DNA from: Candidatus Azotimanducaceae bacterium
GTDB taxonomy: Bacteria; Pseudomonadota; Gammaproteobacteria; Pseudomonadales; Azotimanducaceae
DNA length: 64,000 bases
Direction: 5' to 3'
NCBI GenBank assembly: GCA_965199915.1
Contig: OZ241348.1
Span: 4,622,414-4,686,413, forward strand
Shown here in pieces: positions 57,391 to 64,000 of this stretch. A program made the translations under genes and the position numbers. Under the pieces are notes generated by a model. The model ran no database searches. It was not told the DNA's origin and saw only the letters and a program-made list of their open reading frames with translations. Every line of letters begins with the position of its first letter. Position 1 is the stretch's first letter.

Positions 57391-58109
57391 GCGGTTCGGA
57401 CGTTCTTTATCAAGACGTGCTGCCCGGCGGCAGCCACTGGTCCTTCGTGGTCAACGCCGGCGTGCTCTTGCGGCTGATCGACGTCGAGGGCGGCGGCAAC
57501 GCCGCGATGCTGGCCTACAACCCCGACAATCCGTTGGAACGCCTCAATCTGCCGGACACCCTGAAGTGCCAACACACCTTTCGACTCACCGCCGGCCACT
57601 GCCTGTATTCGGACATGGGACGCATCTTCTGCTCCATCGTCGCCGACGATGTGGGCTGGCACGACGCGGCGAGCGGCACCTGCGACGCCGCGCTGGTGCG
57701 GCGCAAGTGGGGCGAACGCCGCTTTCAAGAGGCGCGCAACGACCACCACCGCAATGGCCGCGACAGCTTTCTGGTGGAGCTCGGCAAATACGGCCTCGGC
57801 CGCCGCGACTTCGCCGCCAACGTCAACTGGTTCTCCCGCGTGGACGCGGACGCGAGCGGCAACCTCGCCTACCGCGAGAACCATTCCCCGGCCGGCGGCG
57901 CGGTTGCCCTGCGTTTCGAGATGCGCGCGCTGGTGGTGCTGCACACCTGCCCGCATCCGCTCAACCCCGCCGCCGAATATCCACGCCGACCCATCGGCTA
58001 CGAGCTGGGCCGCGCCGAATCGGTGGCCGAAAACGACGCCTGCCGACTGTCGCGACCGGAAAACGGGCGCGGTTTCGCCAACAACCGCTTGTACGCCTTG
58101 GGGACGTAA
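57387..58109 (+). CDS. urea-carboxylase-associated DUF1989 protein 1 (carboxyguanidine deiminase subunit-like)
   Basis: 240 aa. Paralogous pair with the next gene, immediately upstream of the carboxylase. 4-nt overlap with the ATPase gene. Confidence 0.75.
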   Translation: MSGSDVLYQDVLPGGSHWSFVVNAGVLLRLIDVEGGGNAAMLAYNPDNPLERLNLPDTLKCQHTFRLTAGHCLYSDMGRIFCSIVADDVGWHDAASGTCDAALVRRKWGERRFQEARNDHHRNGRDSFLVELGKYGLGRRDFAANVNWFSRVDADASGNLAYRENHSPAGGAVALRFEMRALVVLHTCPHPLNPAAEYPRRPIGYELGRAESVAENDACRLSRPENGRGFANNRLYALGT

Positions 58110-58115
58110 ACCGCG

Positions 58116-58769
58116 ATGTTGCAGGAAAGCAATCGAAACGCCGCGGACGCGCGCCGCCGCGAAGTGGTGCCGGCCGGCGAATACTGGATCGGCGAAATCG
58201 CCAAGGGCGACGTGCTGCGCATCACGGATTTGCACGGCAACCAGGCGGTGGACACGTTGTTCTTCAACGCCAGAAATCCGCGCGAACGCTACAGCGCCAT
58301 GGACACCATCCGCGCCCAGGCCAACCTGTACCTCACCACCGGCACCACGCTGCTTTCGGACGCGGGCAACGCGCTGCTCGCCATCGTCGCGGACACGTGC
58401 GGACGCCACGACACCCTGGGCGGCGCCTGCGCCGGCGAGAGCAACACGGTGCGCTACGCGCTCGGCAAGAAGACGATGCACTCCTGCCGCGACAGCTGGC
58501 TGTTGGCCTTGGGCACGCACGAGCAGTGGGGTCTCGACAAGCGCGACCTCGCCCACAACATCAATTTCTTCATGAACGTGCCGGTGACGCCCGAAGGCGG
58601 CTTGACCTTCGAGGACGGCATCAGCGCGCCCGGCAAGTACGTGGAACTCGAAGCGAAGATGGACGTGTTGGCGCTGATCTCCAACTGTCCGCAGCTCAAC
58701 AATCCCTGCAATGGCTACAACCCGACGCCCGTCGAACTCGCGGTGTGGGCGGGCGCCGGCCCAACGTAG
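58116..58769 (+). CDS. urea-carboxylase-associated DUF1989 protein 2 (carboxyguanidine deiminase subunit-like)
   Basis: 217 aa. [29 protein letters not shown] ... pattern typical of DUF1989. Confidence 0.75.
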   Translation: MLQESNRNAADARRREVVPAGEYWIGEIAKGDVLRITDLHGNQAVDTLFFNARNPRERYSAMDTIRAQANLYLTTGTTLLSDAGNALLAIVADTCGRHDTLGGACAGESNTVRYALGKKTMHSCRDSWLLALGTHEQWGLDKRDLAHNINFFMNVPVTPEGGLTFEDGISAPGKYVELEAKMDVLALISNCPQLNNPCNGYNPTPVELAVWAGAGPT

Positions 58770-58781
58770 CCCACGCCGACG

Positions 58782-61700
58782 ATGTTCAAGAAGGTCCTCG
58801 TTGCCAACCGCGGCGAAGTGGCCGCGCGCATCTGCCGGACGCTCGACGCCCTCGGCGTCGCCAGCGTTGCCGTGTACGCGGAAGCGGACCGCGACTCGCC
58901 ACATGTGGAAGCGGCCCGGGAAGCGGTGTCGCTGGGCGAGGGTGGCGTGGCGCAAACCTATCTGGCGCAAGCCAAACTCCTTGCCGCCGCGCGCGGGACC
59001 GCTGCCGACGCGGTTCACCCCGGCTACGGTTTTCTGAGCGAAAACCCAACCTTCGCCCAAGCGCTGGACGACGCCGCCGTGGCCTTCATCGGCCCCCGCC
59101 CGGCGCACATCCGCTCCTTCGGGCTGAAGCACGAAGCGCGCGAGTTGGCGGCGGCGGCGGGCTTGGCGCTGCTGCCCGGCAGCGCCGTGTTGACCGGCGT
59201 GGACGAGGCGCGCGCGTGGGCCGAGCGCATCGGCTATCCGGTGATGCTGAAGAGTTCCGCCGGCGGCGGGGGCATCGGCATGGCGCGCTGCGACGACGCG
59301 GTGGCGCTTGATCGCAACTTCGCCGCCGTGCGGCGGCTGGCCGCGGCGCAGTTCGGCGACCCGCGGCTGTTCGTCGAGCGTTGCGTTCCCGCGCCTCGGC
59401 ATGTGGAAGTGCAGGCGTTCGGCGACGGCCACGGCGGCGTGCTCGTGCTTGGCGACCGCGATTGCTCGCTGCAACGCCGCCACCAGAAGGTCGTGGAAGA
59501 GTGCCCGGCGCCGAACCTCGCGGACGCGGTTCGCGCGCGCATGCACTCCGCCGCCAAGGCGCTGCTGGAGAGCGTGGCGTATCGCAGCGCCGGCACGGTG
59601 GAGTTCCTCTACGACGCGGACCGGCAAACCGCCTACTTCCTCGAAGTGAACACGCGCCTGCAGGTGGAACACGGGGTCACCGAGCTGGTTTTCGGCATCG
59701 ACCTGGTGCGTTGGATGATCGAGTTGGCCGCCGGCGACTTGCCGCCGCTAGACGCGCTGGCGGGCGACGCCAAACCTACCGGCTGCGCCATGCAGGCGCG
59801 GCTCTGCGCCGAAGACCCGCACCGGGGCTTTCGCCCTTCGCCGGGCACCGCGTCGGTGGTTTCGTTCCCGCGCCGTCGCAGCGTTCGCGTGGACACGTCG
59901 TTGCGTTCCGGCGCCGAGATTCCACCGCTCTACGACTCCCTGGTCGCCAAGGTGATGGCGCACGCCGCGGACCGCGACGCGGCGCGACGGGACTTGCGCG
60001 CGGCGTTGGGCGAGACCGTCGTGTTCGGCGTGCAAACCAACCGCGACTATCTGCGCCAAGCGTTGGCCTCGGCGCCGTTCGCGCAGGCGCGGCACGACAC
60101 CGGCACGCTGGCGACTCTCGACTATCGGCCACGCGCCTTGGAAGTGGTGGCCGGCGGCTTCCACGCCACCGTGCAGTCCTGGCCCGGTCGGCGCGGCTAT
60201 TGGTCGGTGGGCGTGCCGCCTTCGGGGCCCATGGACGACCTTTCCTTTCGCCTTGGCAACCGTCTGCTCGGCAACGCCGAGGGCGCGTCCGGCTTGGAGT
60301 TCGCCCTGCACGGGCCGACGTTGCGCTTCCACACCGCCGCGACCGTGTGCGTGACCGGTTTCTGTGCGCTCGAAAGCGGCGCTTGCTGGGAACCGTTCGC
60401 GGTGGCGGCCGGCGATGTGCTCGCCATTGGCAAGGTGACGCAGGGCGCGCGCGGCTATGTGCTCGTGGCCGGCGGCCTCGACGTGCCACCGACGATGGGT
60501 TCGGCGGCCACGTTCACCTTGGGCGGCTTTGGCGGCATGAACGGTCGCGCGTTGGCGGCGGGGGATGTCTTGCCGATCGCAAAGGCAGCGGCGCCCGGCG
60601 CCAAAGCGCTCCCTCAAACACCGGACTGGTCGCGCCGGCTGGAGCTGCGCGTGACGATGGGGCCGCACTGCACGGACGAGTTCCTCACCCACGACGGCAT
60701 CCGCGCCTTCCTCGAAGCCGAATGGACGGTGCATTACCATTCCGACCGCACCGGCGTGCGCTTGATCGGTCCGCGCCCGGCGTGGTCGCGCAGCGACGGC
60801 GGCGCCGCCGGCTTGCACCCCTCCAACATCCACGACAACGCCTACGCCTTCGGGGCCATCGATTTCACCGGCGACATGCCCGTGGTGCTTGGCCCCGACG
60901 GACCCAGTTTGGGCGGCTTCGTCTGCCCGGCGGTGGTGATCGAAGCGGATCGGTGGAAACTCGGCCAACTCGCGGCCGGCGACAAGCTGCGCCTGCGCGC
61001 CGTCACCGAGGCGGAGGCACGTCGGCTGCGCCGCGAACAGAACGGCGCCTTGGCCGCCGCGCGCGGCTTGGCGGCCAAGCCATCCGCCAACGCGAAACAC
61101 CACATCGAACGCTCCGTCGTGCTCGAACACGAAGACGTGCGCGTGCGCCGCGCCGGGGACGAAGCGCTGTTGTTCGAGTTCGGTCCGAACACGCTGGACA
61201 TCGAATTGCGCCTGCGCGCGCATGCCTTCGATGCCGCCATCAAGGACGAACGGCCTTCCGGCGTGGTGGAGACGACGCCCGGCATCCGCTCGCTGCTCGT
61301 CCGCTACGACTCGGAGCGCTTCTCCGGCACCGGTTTCGCCCACCGCCTGCTGCCGCTTCTCGAGTCCTCGCGCGGGCGCCAAGTCGGCGCGGTGGAGTCG
61401 CGCATTGTTCGGCTGCCGTTGTCGTGGGACGACCCGGCCTGTCGGGAAGCCGTCGAGCGCTACACCGCAAGCGTGCGCGCCGACGCGCCGTGGTGCCCCG
61501 ACAACATCGAGTTCATTCGCCGCATCAACGGTCTCGCGGACCGGCAAGCCGTCAAGGACATCGTCTTCAACGCCGACTACCTGGTGCTGGGCCTCGGCGA
61601 CGTCTACCTCGGCGCCCCGGTGGCCACGCCGCTCGACCCGCGCCAGCGCCTGGTGACCACCAAGTACAACCCCGCGCGCACTTGGACCGCCGAAAACTCG

Positions 61701-62339
61701 GTGGGCATCGGCGGCGCGTATCTGTGCGTCTACGGCGTGGAGGGCCCGGGCGGCTACCAGTTCGTCGGCCGCACGCTGCAGGTGTGGAATCGGCACCGGC
61801 GCGGGCGCGCGTTCGACGAACATTGGCTGCTGCGCCCCTTCGACCGCATCCGCTTTCACGAGGTGGACGCCGCGGAACTCGCGGCCATGCGCGAGGCGTT
61901 CCCCCGCGGACGTTTGAACATCGACATCGAAACGGGATCGTTCGACATCGAACAACACCGCGCCTTCGTCGCGGCACACCGCGACGACATCGACGGCGTC
62001 GAGGCGCGGCGCCGCCAAGCGTTCGCCAAGGAACTGGAGGATTGGCGGGCGCGGGGCCTGTTGACGTTCGAGCAATCGGCAACCGGGGACGGCGCGGACC
62101 GCGCCGCCCCGGCGCAATCGGCAGATGCGCCGGCCCCGTTCGTCGTCAGCCCCATGGCCGGTTCCATCTGGACGGTGGCCGTTCAACCCGGACAGCATGT
62201 GGCCGCCGGGGAAACGCTGTTCGTCGTCGAATCGATGAAGGCGGAGTTCGAGGTGGCCGCGCCAAGCCCCGGCGTGATCGACCAAGTGCTGGTTGCGAAA
62301 GGGCAGACCGTCGGGGCCGGGCAGCCGCTGGCGCTGTAG
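58782..62339 (+). CDS. uca: urea (or guanidine) carboxylase: biotin carboxylase + carboxyltransferase (KipA/KipI-like) + biotinyl carrier domains
   Basis: 1185 aa. N-terminal MFKKVLVANRGEVAARI ... biotin carboxylase. C-terminal EAMKAE-like VVESMKAEFEV biotinylation motif. Confidence 0.92.
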   Translation: MFKKVLVANRGEVAARICRTLDALGVASVAVYAEADRDSPHVEAAREAVSLGEGGVAQTYLAQAKLLAAARGTAADAVHPGYGFLSENPTFAQALDDAAVAFIGPRPAHIRSFGLKHEARELAAAAGLALLPGSAVLTGVDEARAWAERIGYPVMLKSSAGGGGIGMARCDDAVALDRNFAAVRRLAAAQFGDPRLFVERCVPAPRHVEVQAFGDGHGGVLVLGDRDCSLQRRHQKVVEECPAPNLADAVRARMHSAAKALLESVAYRSAGTVEFLYDADRQTAYFLEVNTRLQVEHGVTELVFGIDLVRWMIELAAGDLPPLDALAGDAKPTGCAMQARLCAEDPHRGFRPSPGTASVVSFPRRRSVRVDTSLRSGAEIPPLYDSLVAKVMAHAADRDAARRDLRAALGETVVFGVQTNRDYLRQALASAPFAQARHDTGTLATLDYRPRALEVVAGGFHATVQSWPGRRGYWSVGVPPSGPMDDLSFRLGNRLLGNAEGASGLEFALHGPTLRFHTAATVCVTGFCALESGACWEPFAVAAGDVLAIGKVTQGARGYVLVAGGLDVPPTMGSAATFTLGGFGGMNGRALAAGDVLPIAKAAAPGAKALPQTPDWSRRLELRVTMGPHCTDEFLTHDGIRAFLEAEWTVHYHSDRTGVRLIGPRPAWSRSDGGAAGLHPSNIHDNAYAFGAIDFTGDMPVVLGPDGPSLGGFVCPAVVIEADRWKLGQLAAGDKLRLRAVTEAEARRLRREQNGALAAARGLAAKPSANAKHHIERSVVLEHEDVRVRRAGDEALLFEFGPNTLDIELRLRAHAFDAAIKDERPSGVVETTPGIRSLLVRYDSERFSGTGFAHRLLPLLESSRGRQVGAVESRIVRLPLSWDDPACREAVERYTASVRADAPWCPDNIEFIRRINGLADRQAVKDIVFNADYLVLGLGDVYLGAPVATPLDPRQRLVTTKYNPARTWTAENSVGIGGAYLCVYGVEGPGGYQFVGRTLQVWNRHRRGRAFDEHWLLRPFDRIRFHEVDAAELAAMREAFPRGRLNIDIETGSFDIEQHRAFVAAHRDDIDGVEARRRQAFAKELEDWRARGLLTFEQSATGDGADRAAPAQSADAPAPFVVSPMAGSIWTVAVQPGQHVAAGETLFVVESMKAEFEVAAPSPGVIDQVLVAKGQTVGAGQPLAL

Positions 62340-63657
62340 GCTGGACTCGCCGCCGACCATCGCCGGCTTGCGTCGCGCCTACGCGCGCGGCGCCATCGAA
62401 CCGCGTTCCCTGCTGGATGCGCTGCGGGCGCGGGCCGAGCGGTGCGAAGACCACGCGGCGTGGATTCACCGATTGGACGCTGCGGCGCTTGACCGCCATC
62501 TCGCGCGGGCCGCAACAGCGGATCCGGCGGCGCCGCTCAAAGGCATCCCGTTCGCGATCAAGGACAACATCGACTTGGCGAACGTGCCCACCACCGCCGC
62601 GTGCCCCGCCTACGCCTATGTTCCCAAGCGTTCCGCCACGGTGGTCGAGCGCCTGCTCGACGTCGGCGCGATCCCGCTTGGCAAAACCAACATGGATCAA
62701 TTCGCCACCGGCTTGGTGGGCACCCGCTCCCCCTACGGCGCCGTCCGCAACGCGGTGCATCCGGCTTACGTCGCCGGCGGCAGCAGCAGCGGCTCCGCGG
62801 TGGCGGTGCGGCTTGGTCTGGCGGCCTTCGCGCTGGGCACGGACACGGCGGGTTCGGGCCGCGTGCCGGCCGCCTTCAACGGCATCGTCGGCTTCAAGCC
62901 CACGCGCGGCTGGTGGCCCACCAGGGGCGTGGTGCCGGCCTGCCGCACGCTCGATTGCGTGAGCGTGTTCACCCGCACGGTGGCGGACGCCCGTGCGGTG
63001 GCGGAGGTGGTCGGAGGCTTTGACGCCGCCGATCCGTTCTCGCGTCGCGTCGCTTTCCGGGGATTCGCGGCGGCAAGCGCCAGATTCGGCTTTGCGCCGC
63101 CGAGCGCGTTGCCGTTTCAAAGCGACGCCTACCGCGACCTCTACGCGGCGTTCGTGGCGCGTCTGCCCAGCCAACCGCACCCGGTGGGGCTGGAACCGTT
63201 CCACGCCGCGGCGCGCCTCCTCTACCGAGGCCCGTGGCTCGCCGAGCGCTTCGCCGCGGTGGGCGACTTCCTGGCCGCGCAGCCGCACAGCGTGCATCCG
63301 ATCACCCGCGCGGTGATTGCCGAAGGCGAGAAGATCAGCGCCGCGGACTATTTCCGCGGCGCGCACCGCTTGGCCGAACACAAACGCGAAGTCGAAGCGG
63401 TTTTCGACGCCATTGACGTCTTGGTGTTGCCGACCGCCCCCACCATCTACACCTTGGCCGAAGTCGAACGCGATCCCTTCGCGACCAACACCGCCCTCGG
63501 CGCCTTCACCAATTTCGCAAACCTGCTGGACCTTTGCGCGATCGCCATTCCCGCCGGCGAGACGCCGCGCGGACTGCCCTTCGGCGTGTCGTTGATCGCC
63601 GCCGCTGGACGCGACCGCGCTCTGCTCGACACCGCCGAACTGCTCCTTGGCGGGTAA
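62293..63657 (+). CDS. atzF: allophanate hydrolase (amidase-signature domain)
   Basis: IPFAIKDNIDLANVPTTAACP ... GGSSSGSAVAV ... GTDTAGSGRVPAA. Start is uncertain: TTG 62293 overlaps uca by 47 nt, and an alternative lies just after 62339. At about 440-454 aa it appears to be the amidase domain only. Confidence 0.88.
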   Translation: MRKGRPSGPGSRWRCRLDSPPTIAGLRRAYARGAIEPRSLLDALRARAERCEDHAAWIHRLDAAALDRHLARAATADPAAPLKGIPFAIKDNIDLANVPTTAACPAYAYVPKRSATVVERLLDVGAIPLGKTNMDQFATGLVGTRSPYGAVRNAVHPAYVAGGSSSGSAVAVRLGLAAFALGTDTAGSGRVPAAFNGIVGFKPTRGWWPTRGVVPACRTLDCVSVFTRTVADARAVAEVVGGFDAADPFSRRVAFRGFAAASARFGFAPPSALPFQSDAYRDLYAAFVARLPSQPHPVGLEPFHAAARLLYRGPWLAERFAAVGDFLAAQPHSVHPITRAVIAEGEKISAADYFRGAHRLAEHKREVEAVFDAIDVLVLPTAPTIYTLAEVERDPFATNTALGAFTNFANLLDLCAIAIPAGETPRGLPFGVSLIAAAGRDRALLDTAELLLGG

Positions 63658-63834
63658 AGCCGGCGCTGACAGCCGCCAACGTCCAGCGGCGCGTCGTCAC
63701 GTCAACCGGCCGGCCCCGGTCAAAGAGACGTCGGTTCTCATCGCATGGCGGAAACGGCTTCGCGGCTTCGCCGGCGTTGACTTCGCCCCTCCCCTTGCGT
63801 ATGTTCGCCGCGTCTCCCGGTGGGGTCGCCCCGC

Positions 63835-64000
63835 ATGTCCAAAGCGCACATCGCTTGCGTCGCGGTGTTGCTTTTCTTGTGCTTTTCTCAAGGCGTCCTG
63901 GCGCAGGAGCGGCGGAGCGCCCGCATTGGCGCGCTGGCGACGCCGCCCACGTTGGATGGCGACGTTCGTTCGGACCCGGCTTGGCGCGGGACGTTGCCGC
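63835..64000 (+). CDS. exported protein, N-terminal fragment (gene continues beyond window end)
   Basis: My own translation gives MSKAHIACVAVLLFLCFSQGVLAQERRSARIGALATPPTLDGDVRSDPAWRGTLP. It has a clear signal peptide and is open to the window end. Confidence 0.55.
   Translation, partial: MSKAHIACVAVLLFLCFSQGVLAQERRSARIGALATPPTLDGDVRSDPAWRGTLP

Noticed and set aside
57300-62360. Very long minus-strand ORFs (57300..59672, 790 aa; 59748..62360, 870 aa) opposite the DUF1989 and carboxylase genes.
   Set aside because: These are antisense shadow ORFs typical of high-GC DNA, with Arg/Ala/Gly/His-rich low-complexity translations and no recognisable motifs. The plus-strand genes carry clear biotin-carboxylase and biotinylation motifs.

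Overview
High-GC, proteobacterial-type chromosomal window. The conserved backbone is (yhdP)-maf-mreDCB on the minus strand, then gatCAB, cysD-cysNC, a TrxB-type ferredoxin-NADP reductase, cytochrome c5, comM/yifB, a sigma-54/NtrC-controlled TorF-porin/glnK/amtB operon, a block of hydrolase and oxidoreductase genes, an acyl-CoA synthetase, a TonB-dependent receptor, an FG-GAP protein, and a nine-gene urea/guanidine carboxylase cluster (ABC transporter, two DUF1989 genes, carboxylase, allophanate hydrolase). Three accessory patches interrupt this backbone. (1) 8.3-24.5 kb, between gatB and cysD: a defence island. It holds relic repeats and an IS fragment, a small two-gene operon, phd with a frameshifted vapC, and a BREX type 3-like operon (brxF-brxC-pglXI-pglZ-brxA-like). 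This operon lacks the canonical BrxHII helicase. It carries an AlbA_2/Schlafen-type gene and a GNAT / multidomain / ASCH gene triad in the slot where the helicase is expected. I consider this triad the best candidate for an undescribed module. (2) 28.4-34.6 kb: a MOSC / membrane protein / SAM-methyltransferase / HNH-endonuclease operon whose HNH gene is cleanly split by an IS1380-family element (inverted repeats and 4-bp duplication identified), a frameshifted DUF3800 gene, and an intact PIN toxin-antitoxin pair. (3) 46.5-47.1 kb: a DUF433/DUF5615 pair with a frameshifted toxin. Also notable is a GrdB/PrdB-like gene with an in-frame TGA in a U-x-x-C context followed by a SECIS-like hairpin, which makes it a candidate selenoprotein. 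Many long ORFs in the six-frame track are antisense shadow ORFs typical of high-GC DNA and were not called. All family assignments rest on motif and pattern recognition by eye. No database search was run.
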